Assembly (NCBI GenBank): GCA_038087875.1 | Contig: JAXLNO010000239.1 | Coordinates: 62,001 to 126,000, forward strand | DNA from: Malacoraja senta | Taxonomy: Eukaryota | Length of the DNA: 64,000 bases | Reading direction: 5' to 3' | Part shown: positions 25,750 to 38,206 of the stretch, one piece after another | Numbering within the stretch: position 1 is the stretch's first letter | Layout: each line of letters opens with the position of its first letter | Translations under genes and position numbers: made by a program | Notes under the pieces: generated by a model | The model's database searches: none | Seen by the model: only the letters and a program-made list of their open reading frames with translations | What the model was told of the DNA's origin: nothing

Positions 25750-27120
25750 TCTCTAACATTTGTCCTTTCTGATCCTTGATTACGTTTCTGCAGGTACAGT
25801 TCCATGTTTAGCTTTCTCTCTATTCCCACTTTCCAACGTATAAACATCATTAATACATACATTTAATATATTAAAATTAAAACCATCACAATGATAGCAA
25901 TGTGGGAGGTGATCCTTACCCACGGGTTGATTTGTACATTGGCACTCCAGTTCCAAATATCATCCCACCAGTTGGTTTCCTTAATATTTTTAATATTCAT
26001 CTCAATTTCTCCAGTGTGCTGGATGACCTTGATGAATGTACTGTGGGCATTAATTAGCTGTTTCTTTATCCATTGTAAATTCTCAGGCAGGAGCCAAACT
26101 TCAGTATTATATGTTTGGAAGTATTTGCCTAAATCTTCCTTTATTCCCTCAGTAACTTCCATCATGATTTCATTACGTTTATGTATATCAAACAACTCTA
26201 TTTTGCCATTTCAGGTGGGTATTTGTGGGTTAATACAGATGGTCGTATTGGTAATCGGACATGTCTGAACACCATACTGCTATTCCTTTAAAGAGGTGGT
26301 TATAAAGTATTCCCCTTTTCCTCTATATGCCACCTTGGTGATGTCGACCCTCAATGGCCTAGCTTCCATTGTACAATTCAAATCTGCCTTCACCTCAAAT
26401 CAACATATAACTTGGTCATTGGCATATATAGGGTATGGACAGACAACAATCCTATCAGTATGTTGGCATTTAGTCAGGGCTGTTCCTACCAATCCTTCTG
26501 TCTTTTTTATGGCATAAGGCAGAATATCTTCATGTCCTAGCCATATCCCTTCCCTAATAATGCCTATATTTTCTACCTGGTAAACTTCCAGCCCACATTT
26601 ATCTGGAGGGATGAATGGGAGTCCCACTATCATTCCCAAAGCTTTAATGGTAGCCCCCCCCCCCCCCCCCCACATTCTTCCTTGAACCAGACTTTACTTA
26701 ATCGGTGGAATTGACTCCCTGGTATTCTTGGATGTATTTCTCTGTTGGTTAAATTCCCCAATTGTTCATCACTAATACAAGAGGGAAAGCCTCCTTCACT
26801 GACCCACTCAAGATTTCTCTCAGTTGTTCTCGCATCTAATTCCCATAGATACTACACAGGGTCCTGTTTTGTGGGAGCTCAACTTATCTTTGATCTTTTA
26901 CTTTATGATATGATTCATTGTTTTTACATGGCTTTCCAGAACTTTGACCACTTGTTCCAGTGTATTTATACCAGAATATGCTAGCATGGTCCAATCTCTG
27001 AGACACAACGCCTCAGTAAGGTTATATATCAGTCCGACATCTTGAGCTGTTCCAACACTGATCGGTATCCCCTCTGTTATCACCGCAATCAACTATTTCA
27101 CTTTGCAGAACATCAATTAT
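25750..27120 (-). pseudogene. env: env remnant (class I fusion-like glycoprotein)
   Basis: Cys-rich ectodomain, heptad-like region, WWDDIWNW membrane-proximal motif and TM segment IAIIVMVLILIY. Lies between integrase and the PPT. Confidence 0.78.
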
Positions 27121-27147
27121 CTGCAAAACACGTATTATCTGCTGTTA

Positions 27148-27385
27148 AGGGCCTGTCCCACTTTCACGACCTAACTCATGACCTTTTTTACTCATGGACA
27201 TTTTTCATCATGTTGAAAAAACGCCCCGACCTACTTGATGCCCCGAGTACCTACGACTAGCATCAAGACCTACCTACGACCTACCTATGACCTCCTATGA
27301 CCTCGTGTCGACCATGCTGCGAGTATGAGTCAAGGGCAAACTCGGCAGAGGTCGTGAATTAGGTCGTGAAAGTGGGACAGACCCT
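27148..27385. mobile_element. PIF/Harbinger-type MITE nested in the provirus
   Basis: TIRs AGGGCCTGTCCCACTTTCACGACCTAA and TTAGGTCGTGAAAGTGGGACAGACCCT, TTA on both sides. Confidence 0.88.
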
Positions 27386-27529
27386 TTATTTACAGTTCTT
27401 GGTACAGGCTAATTAGCCAGTATTTCAAATACGTCTTGACTTTATTTTTTTGCTTGCGATGGATGGGAGTCGGAGACAATGTCTCACATGCATCCACCAG
27501 GATGTGGTGGTTACTCTGTTCACTGAATG

Positions 27530-28350
27530 ATTTTAATTGATTGACATGATACCATCCATTTCACATGGAATCGTTCTTTTGGTCAGTTTTCTGAATCATG
27601 GTTTCAGGGTTCTATTAATTCTTTCAATTGTACCATTTGACTGCGGATGGTAAGCTACTGTAGGTGGAGTTTCTGGTTTATTCCCAATAAGGACTTTGAC
27701 ATTCTGCATGACCTGGGCACTAGAATAGTGTTTTATGTCATTATCCATACTTGGCCACCACCACAAGATTTAAATTCATCCAGTGCTTGCTTCAACCCCG
27801 TTGTCATTTGTTTTAGTTCATTGTCTGTAATCTAAGCCTGTATCAGATCTTCAATCTTAGTCTGATTGATTGCGACTGCATCTAACTGTTCACCTTCTGG
27901 TGGTTGCCAAACCTCTCCTTCTTGGACACCTATCTTTGCCAATTCATTTGCTCATATGTTCCCTGCAGGGGGGATTTATGGTGTGTTTGATTTTAATTCT
28001 ACCATATTCTCCTCCTTGAACTTCCTGAATGATGTATTTGAAGAAAGAGACACAGATGGTAAAGGTTTACTGTCCGCTGACACAAAACCCCTCGCTTCCC
28101 ATAGTGGCAAAAATCAGTTAGGCTGTTACATACATACATGCTGTCTGAGTATATGTTGACTGTTGGAGAAACGTGTCAGGGTGGCTGACCATATAGGCTA
28201 CTGCTACTAGCTCAGGATTCTGAGCATTCATTCTGTCTGGTAGTTTTAAAGCTATTTCAGCTGGCAGTATGTCTTGGTCATGCCACATCCTGTCTTCCTG
28301 ATTCCTGACTATCCTAGAAAATCCATCAACAAAAATGTTTAAAGTAATAT
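27530..28350 (-). pseudogene. pol: pol remnant (RNase H + partial integrase; protease and RT not recognisable)
   Basis: Manual translation gives NIFVDG, AQNPELVAV and IYSDSMYV (RNase H), and AYHPQSNGTIERINRTLK and WYHVNQLK (integrase). Confidence 0.85.
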
Positions 28351-29649
28351 CTGTGGTTTCATTTTCATTAGCAGTTTGTCTACGAACCTCATTATTCCCT
28401 GAATCACGTAATGCTTTACCCTACAGCTTCCCCCCCCATTTTGTTTTGGCACAAATGCCACCTTGGGATCATTTGCTGTCCACACTTGACACGATTGCTG
28501 TTCTCCAGTGTAATTAGTTTAGTGTAGTTTATTGTCACGTGTATCGAGGTACAGCTAAAAGCTTTTAGAACATCTACAAAGAAAATGTATTATGTCAAAA
28601 CAATTTTGAAAGAAACACCAAAACTCAATATCAGCATGTCAAAATCTTGCGCAAAATCTTTAAGCTTCTGGAAAATAAATATTCTTGTTAGTAAAACAAG
28701 TTTTAAGATTGTTTCCCAATGTTCCAATTTCTCAAAATACCAATTTCAAATTCCCAATTTAAATATATCCTAATAATCAATATGCCAATTTCTTACTGAA
28801 ATGAGGGCATCTCATATCCAGAATAGAGACACTCATTTTACAACACCTTAGCCTGGATTCCACATGGCTAGTGTGGAATCCTGGTCTTTCTCTAATTAAT
28901 TTCCAAGGAAAGAAACTATATATATATATTCCTTTTATATATATAAATATATTTATACATACTTCATTTATATATATACTTCCTATATATATAAATGTCC
29001 TTTTATTTTCAATAACATTTTGTCCTTTTATTGAAAATAAAAAGACAAATCAAAACTTGATTTGCACTTCTCTTTCTTTAAAATCTTCAAAATAACTGGA
29101 ACACTTAGAATAAAGTTAGCTTCCACAGTGAAAACTTCCAACACATAATCCAACGAATAAAGGAAACAAAAAGATGGATGGGGCTCACACAACTTCTTAA
29201 AGCAACATTACCTCTTAAAACAGAGAAGCACAATCTTTCAGTCACATCCTATTTTGTCTGGAACATAGGATTAATTCAACATTCTCCCGACAGATTTAAC
29301 AAACACGCAACAGCCTTTGCACTCTCCTACTTCATGCATTTTCTCTTCCTCTGATGCAAATCAAAATTACCTCAAGTGCCACACCTCTTGCAACAATTTA
29401 AAACTCATCTATAATTCATACTTGAAACCAGTAAATGACTTTCTTTAAGGGGTTAAGCAGTTAACAAGACAAGAACAAAATCATACAAACTTCAATGGAA
29501 GAATTTGACTTTAACACTTTAAAGCAGAGGAGTACTGGAACTTATTGATCAAGTAATTATTCAACATGTGAAACAATGTTAAATGTAAAAGTGAAACAAC
29601 CCCACATCAGACAAAACTCCAATAATCTGGGTCCTTCCAGTGATAAATG

Positions 29650-31352
29650 TTGATGTTCTGTGCCTAGCCCCTGCTCTCGCGCACTCGAGTGAGGTGCTCG
29701 ACAATCTCTAGCACAGTGTATCTCTCGACCACAATTGTAACACTGACTCTGATATTTCAGACCCTCATTCCAATCAGCTCTCTGATCTTGGTTTTGTTCA
29801 CTCCCTGCCAGGGATCTGTATGGAGATGGCGAACCCCAGTGACCATTGTCACCTCTTTCTCTATCCGTTCCCTCATTTTCCCGCACTGGACCTCTGTCCT
29901 GGGTTTTAATAGGATTCATTCTTCCCTCCTTGTTCATTTTAAACTTTGCAGTTTCTCTAACCTCCTTTTCCCAACCCCGTATCAAACGTCACAATACCCA
30001 TGCTTCATGGGTCACTTGGCTCAAAGCTTTTGCATGCTTGTCTAGTATCATCTGTGGAGTGTGTTACCAGGGTCATTAGGTGTCTGTAAGTGTCGCCGGT
30101 CCAGACCTGGTCCATATACAGTACTTCATTAAAATGCACCCATAATTGGCTGACATAAGCTGTAGGGTGTTCCCCTTCTTTCCGTCTACATTTATTCAAA
30201 CCCTCCACTGGATCTGTTCTATCACTTCCCACCACCATCATTATGGCTTCTTTCATGGTCTGCAGGCTCCCTCCCCCAATGTTCTGTGGGTTGGGTAACG
30301 CTGAATGTATGATAGGGCTGAGACATTCAAGCAGGAGTTTTTTTCTCCTCATCATCATCTAGCCCACGCAGATCTTTCTGCTGGCGGACACGGTCAAAGA
30401 GCTCGTGGGGGTCAGCGGAAGATTCAAAGACCCTAATGCTTTTTGCTACCTCAGACAGTTGTACTACTGTAAATGGTGTGCTTTATGTTATTTCCCCATG
30501 GCCTGCCTGTGCAATCTGTTCGACGTGGAAAATGGGTTCATAGGGACGGGTTCAATGGGTGCGGATGGTGTGACGCTCCGATTCTCTATTTCGCTCTCTA
30601 TATCTCCGGGCTATATCATCCAATTCTCTCGAATCTACTTCACTCTCCCCTTCTACTACATCAGAAGTTCCGTAGGAGCACGGCATACCTATTTGAACTG
30701 AGAGCTGCGACTCTAACTTGGCAATTTCATATTGGCACGACATGATCAGTTGGTTTATACATATCTTTCCTTCTTACCTGGTGGAGGGCTTTTATTGCTG
30801 CCTGCAGGTTTGTGCATTTGTCTGCTGCTGCTGCAGTCTCGCACATTCTGACTGTTCTCTCCTTCTCCTGATAAGCCTCTTCAAACTGTGTTTGAAATTG
30901 ATCAGGTGCATCAGATGCAGCTGATTCTTCTGTTCCTCCTCTGCTACCTTCTCACGTAACTTACTCACTTCTTGTTTTACGGCCTCTAATTCCTGTTTTA
31001 AATGGAGCCGATCATTTTGTGTTCCTTCCAATTCCTTCTTTAACTGCAGCTGATTCTCTTGCGCTTCTTGTTTTACATTTTCTAATTCCTTTTGCCACTT
31101 TGAATTCTCAATTTCTTTCTCCCATAACTCACTCATACCACTGGCTCTTGCTGTAAAACTTACAAAGCTTTGAGACTTGTTTTGCTTGACTTTTCCTGGT
31201 TTCTTCCCAATACTCTGTCTTACGGGTCCCGAACCCTCTAATATTTTATCTGCAAACTCTATCCACATGCGCCATTTATGATCTAGGTACTCCCGGAGCA
31301 CTTGTTCCCAATCTGGGCACTTGCCCATTATTGCAATGTTTCTGGACCCCAT
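29650..31352 (-). pseudogene. gag: gag remnant
   Basis: Frameshifted ORFs with an N-terminal coiled coil (30792-31352) and a CCHC knuckle CYNCGREIHCARDC (~29700-29741). Confidence 0.82.
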
Positions 31353-31569
31353 CCAAGAGCGAGGGAGGCGACTGGGGTAAGGGTCCGGCGGTTCTGATGT
31401 GCAGTCAGGAGGGCGTATGGACGACGTTTGAATCCGTTAGTGACTGTCTTCCCTGCTAAATTCCCGCCCAGTCCCTCCATGATCACTGTTGTTCGGCACG
31501 TCTGAGATTCGGGCACGGTGGGACCACATAAATTGACCACTCAACCGTGCCCACCCAGGCTCACCAAAA

Positions 31570-32344
31570 TGTTGACCCTATTACCTCTATAGGGTATCAA
31601 CTGACGTGTCGAACAAAAGACTCTAAACCAAGGTTTAGTTTAGTTTAGTACAACAATCTTTATCAACACTCGAGTAACTTTAAACATGCATACAAACAAT
31701 TGACTTTGAATAACTTCTCATTTACTTTACTATTTCAAAATCCCTTCTTATCACAAAATCCCTTCTAAATCACAAAACTCATGACTTGGAGTCAGATATT
31801 ACCCGTATAATGAATTGGCCAGATTCACTCTGTTGGTAGGGTGCAGTCTTCTCTGAGCTTCAAAATCAGGTCCCTCCTTCTTGCGATGGTTGTTCCCAGG
31901 TTGTCGCTCCCGATGTCTTGAAACGCCCTTCTTTATACTACTTTCCTTCCATCTTTGATAGGAAGCCTTTGTTCTAACCCAAGGCACTCATGGCTTTACA
32001 GTCAATCATTTCAAGCTGTCACTCCTCCAAGGGCTGAATAAACAAAACACATTTTCATTCCTTATCAGGCTAGGGAGTTCTTAATTATGTTGCTTGTTCA
32101 TATCTCCCTCTCATTATAGTTATTTTGCAATATGTCCATTCTAGGCACCTTATCTTCTCAAGGCTATACTGCCTTAGCCATGAAGTTACCTTCAGCTCTG
32201 CTCCCACCAGATGTCAATGGCGTGACCGTTTTCACTGCGCCTCTTTGTTTTCCTGGCTCCAGCATTTCGCTCTGTCTGTTTCTAGCTAGTAGCATTCTCC
32301 AAAAGCCTGTCGGGATACTTGACATCCAGTCCCAGGCTATAACA
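31570..32344 (-). repeat. 5' LTR
   Basis: Minus strand reads TGTTAT...TCAACA, followed by tttTGGTGAGCCTGGGTGGGC (PBS-like). Confidence 0.92.
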
Positions 32345-33321
32345 CAAAATAGTATATAACTGTCCGCCCATGTTTTCTCCTTATTTCGTTCCATCCTCAA
32401 CCCCACTGCCAAAGGTGGAGTTGTGCATTTAATGAGTGGAAGGCATTCTCTGATCCCTCAGGCAAGTAGCTATTGTTCGTCATGAGCAAGAAAACTGCAG
32501 ATACTGGAAATCTGAAATCAAAGCAGAAAGTGCCATAAATACCTCGCAGGTCAGACAGCACCTGTGGAGGGAGAAGCAGTGTTAGTGTTTCAGGTTAATT
32601 ATCTACATTTGATGAATATTTCCACCATTTTCTGTTTTTATAATAGCTACCCTTCATGTTCGATGCTAGACAGTAATAGTACCAGGGCCATTCATTATTG
32701 CCCCAGCATTAAAATGTTCACTTTTGTTTTTTCTTTATTATTTCTCTGTAATCTCCTCTATATTACCGTCAGAGTATCCTCTCTCCTGCGGTTCTGGCTT
32801 TTTGATAATTTTTTAATTCAATTACTGCAGCTCTGCTGACTGTCATTTCTGTTGATAAAACTTTAACTCTGGAGTTTGCTCCCTAAATCTTACCATATTT
32901 TTATTCTCTGAATCCACATGCGATTGTGCAGCTGTATAGTAGCATGGTTGATCAGTGTTAGGCTGTTGTTTTTTTCTTTATCCTTCATTGACATATCTTG
33001 TTGGGCTAGGCTAGAAATGGATATAGGCATTAAAAATGAAGGATGAAGGGGATAAGTTTAATTCCTTAAAACCCAGAATGGGACAATGCGCAGTTGATAG
33101 AGCTGCTGTCTCACAGTGCCATAGATCTGGGTTCATTCCTGACCTTGGCTGCTAGCTGTGCGGAGTTTGCACGTTCTCCCTATGACCATGTGGGTTTTCT
33201 CCAGGTGCTCCGGTATCTACCACGTCCCAAAGATGTGCAGGTTTGCAGATTAATTGGCCTCTGTAAAAAAAAATATCGCTAGTGTGTAGGGAGTGCATGT
33301 GAAAGTGGGGTTACCGAGAAC

Positions 33322-34450
33322 TATAGACAATAGACAATAGGTGCAGAAGTAGGCCGTTCGGCCCTTCAAGCCAGCACCACCATTCACTGTGATCATGGCT
33401 GATCATCCACAATCAGTACCCTGTTCCTGCCTTCTCCCCATATCCCTTGACTCCGCTATCTTTAAGAGCCCTATCTAGCTTCCTCTTGATAGCATCCAGA
33501 GAATTTACCTCCACTGCCTTCTGAGGCAGAGAATTGCACAGATTCACAACCCTCTGTGATAAAGTTTTTCCTCATCTCTGTTCTAAATAGCTTATCCCTT
33601 ATTCTTAAACTGTGCCCCCTGGTTCTGGACTCCCCTAACATCGGGAACATGTTTCCTGCCTCTAGCGTGCCCAAACCCTTAATAATCTTATATGTTTCAA
33701 TAAGTTCCTCTCTCATCTTTCCAAATTCCAGAGTATAGAAGCCCAGCTGCTCCATTCTATCAATATATGACAGTCCCGCCATCCCGGGAATTAACCTCGT
33801 GAACCTACACTGCAGTCCCTCAATAGCAAGAATGTCCTTCCTCAAATGTGGAGACCAAAACTGCACACAATATTCCAGGTGTGGTCTCACTAGGGCCCTG
33901 TACAACTGCAGAAGGACCTCTTTGCTCCTATACTCAACTCCTCTTGTTATGAAGGCCAACATGCCATTCGCTTTTTTCACTGCCTACTGTACCCGCATGC
34001 TTACTTTCAGTGACTGATGAACAAGGACCCCCAGATCCCGTTGTACTTCCCCTTTTCCCAACTTGACACCATTCAGAAAATAATCATCTGCCTTTCTGTT
34101 TTTGCCACCAAAGTGGATAACTTTACATTTATCCACATTAAACTGCATCTGCCATGCATCCGCCCACTCACCCAACCTGTCCAAGTCACCCTGCATCCTC
34201 ATAGCATCCTCCTCACAGTTCACACTGCCACCCAGCTTTGTGTCATCTGCAAATTTGGTAATGTTACTTTAAATCCTTTCATCTAAATCATTAATATTTA
34301 TTGTAAATAGCTGTGGTCCCAGCACTGAGCCTTGCGGTACCCCACTGGTCACTGCCTGCCATTCTGAAAGGGACCCGTTAAACCCTGCTCTTTGTTTTCT
34401 GTCTGCCAACCAATTTTCAATCCATGTCAGTATCCCACCCCCAATACCAG
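33322..34450 (-). mobile_element. CR1-type LINE, 5'-truncated
   Basis: RT motifs ([27 protein letters not shown]) and (tagacaa)n tail. Confidence 0.92.
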
Positions 34451-35707
34451 TGTGAATGAGAGATCTATGGTCGAGGTGTTACCTGGTGTTACCTGGTGGC
34501 CCGAAGGGCCTGTTTCTCTGCATTATCTCTAAATTAAACTAAGACAGGAATACAAACCGAAAAATACTAACACTCAGCAGGTTAGGCAGTATTTGTGGAA
34601 AGAGAATCAGAGTAAACAGTTCACGTCAAAGATCCATGGTCTCTGACTGTATGCCTTTGGATCTGAAATATTCACTTTGTTTCTATATCCCCAGATGCTG
34701 CTTGACCAGCAGAGTGTTTGCAGCATTTTCTGTTATTATTTTGATTTGCAGCATCTGCTGCTTTTTGATTTTCAGTAGAAGACAGAAAGTCAGGTTCAGT
34801 TTAGGTGCTGGAGCAATGGCAATTGAGAGCTAGTTTGCCGATGGGATGTATATTGTCCAGTCTCCCTAAAACCGAAGTACATGTAAAAGAGTAAGGTGAG
34901 ACAGATTTATGGGATCTAGTTTATTACCTCATGCAAGTTACTAGTAATGACTCACTCAAATTTTTCTTTTAAGTTTAGTCTACCTATGAGCAATTGTTTC
35001 ACGTAGTTGTTGGCTATTGTACAATTATACATTCTCCACACAAAATAAACTAGATTGCATTCTTAGCAAAGAGGTAGGGGGGAGGCTAAAAAATCACCCA
35101 TGAATTTAAATGATATTTTACCAGAGAGTAGAATAAGGTCATGGCCACAGGGGGGAAATTCATCCTCGATGGCTAACGGTAAAAGCATGTGTGAGTGACT
35201 TTAATGGACTTGAATATCAGTGGTTGAGTACAGTCAGCAGCTGGATTCTTATCCATGGGTCAATGGTAACTTTCTCTCTCCATATGCTAGAATTGTCTGA
35301 CAATTGTGATTTAAACTTATATACTTTGGCTTTATTCCGATTTTCCTCCAAAATTCTATTTTACATTCAGTATAATAATTGATCTTCACATTTGTCCTTT
35401 GAGACTTGCAAAACATTAATTTCCAGGGTTGGTTAGTAGGTTTAAGTAGGGGGAAAGATTTAAAATGAAGGAGACTTACTGACTTACTGATTTAGAATTG
35501 TTATCTTTTAGAATGTTACATATGTCTGTGAATAAAAATAAATTTTAATCAGTATTTTTTAATTTTTAGAATAGGTATCAATTTCAAGTTGTCATAGAAT
35601 CATAGAGTCATGAATTATCGAAGCAGGCCCTTTTGTCCAACTCATCCAAGATGCTTCCCTGAGCTGCTCCCATTTGCCCGTGTTTTGCATTTCACACTAA
35701 CCCATTA

Positions 35708-36033
35708 CGGTGGCACAGTGGCGCAGCAGTAGAGTTGCTGCCTTACAGCGCCTGCAGCACCGCAGACCCAGGTTCGAAACCGACTACTGGTGCTGTCTGC
35801 ACGGAGTTTGTACGTTCTGCCCCGTGACTGCGTGGGTTTTCCTCCGAGATCTTCGGTTTCCTCCCACACGCCAAAGACGTACAGGTGTGTAGGTTAATTG
35901 GCTTGGTAAATGTAAAAATTGTCCCTAGTGTATGTAGGATAGTGTTAATATGCGGGGATTGCTGATCTGCGCAGACCCGGAGGCCCGAAGGGCCTGTTTC
36001 CGCCCTGTATCCCTAAACTAAACTAAACTAAAC
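35708..36033 (+). mobile_element. tRNA-derived SINE (V-SINE/HE1-like)
   Basis: A/B boxes, conserved core and (aaact)n tail. Related copies near 7993, 13190(-), 33080, 36820, 53238, 56548(-), 59268(-) and 63555(-). Confidence 0.85.
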
Positions 36034-36037
36034 ATTC

Positions 36038-36366
36038 CTATCCATGTACCTGTCCAAATGTACCTGTCCATGTACCTGTCCATGTACCTGTCCATGTACC
36101 TGTCCATGTACCTATCCATGTACCTGTCCAAATGTACCTGTCCATGTACCTGTCCATGTACCTGTCCATGTACCTGTCCATGTACCTGTCCATGTACCTG
36201 TCCATGTACCTGTCCAAATGTACCTGTCCATGTACCTGTCCATGTACCTGTCCATGTACCTGTCCGTGTACCTGTCCGTGTACCTGTCCGTGTACCTGTC
36301 CGTGTACCTGTCCGTGTACCTGTCCGTGTACCTGTCCGTGTACCTGTCCATGTACCTGTCCAAATG
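36038..36366. repeat. 12-bp minisatellite (tccatgtacctg)n within a LINE 3' fragment
   Basis: Tandem units with variants tccgtg and tccaaatg. Confidence 0.97.
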
Positions 36367-36519
36367 CCTTTTAAATGGTGCAATTGTACCCATCTCTGCC
36401 ACTTTCTGCCTTCCACATACCTACCACCATTTGTGTGAAAACTTACCCCTCGTGTTACCTTTAAATCTTTCCCCTCTTACCTTAATCCTATTCCCTCTAG
36501 TTTTAAACTCCCCAAACCT

Positions 36520-36645
36520 GCGACCATCTACCTTTATCTGTGCCTGTCCACAGCGACCATGACCACTGCGACAATCTACCTTTATCTGTGCTTGTCCACA
36601 GCGACCATGACCACTGCGACCATCTACCTTTATCTGTGCCTGTCG
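36520..36645. repeat. ~48-bp tandem repeat, ~2.5 copies
   Basis: gcgaccatctacctttatctgtgcctgtccacagcgaccatgaccact repeated. Confidence 0.9.
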
Positions 36646-38206
36646 TGATTTTGTAAACCTGTTTAAGGTCACCCCTCAGTCTCCTTCGTTCCAAGGAAAT
36701 ATGTCTTGCCGTATACCTTAAACCCCCCAGTCCTGCAATATTATTTGGATTCTTTTCTGGACGCTCTCTAGATTAATCACCGCTTCCCACAATAATGCTT
36801 TCCCCAAGGAAAAAGGTAGAAACAGTGATAAGGTTAACAGAGCCACTGCCTAACATTGACAGAGACCAGGGTTCAATTCTGACCTCGGGCACTGATTCTG
36901 GAGTTTGCACATTCTGTTTGTGACTATAGATTTCCTCTGGGTGCACCAGTTTCCTTCCATGTCCCAAAGATCTCTGGACTGGCAGGTTAATTGACCATTA
37001 TAAATTACTTTTTATGTGTGTTAGTGAGTGGTAGAATCTGGAGAGAGTTGATGAGAATTTGGGGAGAACAAAAAATGTAGGATTAGTGCAAGAATGCGTG
37101 TTTGTTAGTCAGAGGACTGTCCATGCTGTATATCTCTATGACTACAACTCTACATAGACGAGTGAAAGGTGGAACCACAGGTGAACAACCCGGCTATTCA
37201 CAATTCACAGTCATGGCACACGTGGTCATTATTGATGTAGTTCAACCACAACTTTGCATAACTTGGCAAAAATCCAGTTTTTATTTGCCTTTTCTTTCCG
37301 CTTCTTTTATGCCCTTGGATCAGCGCAAGCGAAGAGTGTGCCATCAATCAAAGCCCAGGGATTAGCAGGATATTTCACAATTTCCATTGACATGTCAGTC
37401 ATTGTCTGTTATGGCACATAATTTACATCTGTTCCAGTATTATTTGGTTAGAATTAGAGTCATGGAGTCATAGAATGATACAGTGTGGAAACAAGCCCTT
37501 CAGCCCAACTCGCCCACATCGGCCAGCAATGTCCCAGCTACACTAGGCCCACTTGCCTGCGCTTGGTCCATATCCCTCCAAACCTGTCCTATCCATGTAC
37601 CTGTCTAACATTTTCTTAAATGATGGGATAGTCCCAGCCTCAACTACTTCCTCTGGCAGCTTGTTCCATACACCCACCACCCTTTGTGTGAAAAAGTTAC
37701 CCCTCAGATTCCTATTAAATCTTTTCCCCTTCACCAAGAACCTATGTCCTCTGGTTCTCGATTCCCCTACTCTGAGCAACAGATTCTGTGCATCTACCCA
37801 ATTTATTCCTTTCATGATTTTGTATACCTCTCAAAGATCTCCCCTCATCCTCCTGCGCCCCATGGAATAGTGACCCAGCCTACTCAACCTCTCCCTATAG
37901 CTCACACCCTCTAGTCCTGGCAACATCCTTGTAAATCTTTTCTGAACCCTTTCAAGCTTAACAATATCTTTCCTATAACATGGTGCCCAGAACTGAACAC
38001 AATATGCTAAATGCAATCTCACCAACATCTTATACAACTGCAACATGACCTCCCAACTTCTATACCCAATACTCTGACTGATGAAGGCCAAAATGCCAAA
38101 AGCCTTTATGACCACCTTATCTACCTGCGACTCGACCTTCAAGGAACCATGCACCTGTACTCCTAGATCCCTCTGCTCTACAACACTACCCAGAGGCTCA
38201 CCATTT

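Larger units (their letters stand above)
24748..32344 (-). mobile_element. Decayed endogenous retrovirus / env-bearing LTR element (lokiretrovirus-like)
   Basis: Two ~770 bp direct LTRs, a PBS-like TGG and a PPT. Gag, RNase H, integrase and env remnants lie in that order on the minus strand. Confidence 0.9.

Noticed and set aside
24742..32350. Target-site duplication for the provirus
   Set aside because: Flanks caacac and caaaat match only partially, so no TSD is claimed.
36018..36562. CTCP/VPVH/MYLS repeat ORFs resembling metallothionein or structural proteins
   Set aside because: Artefact of a 12-bp minisatellite that is open in all frames.
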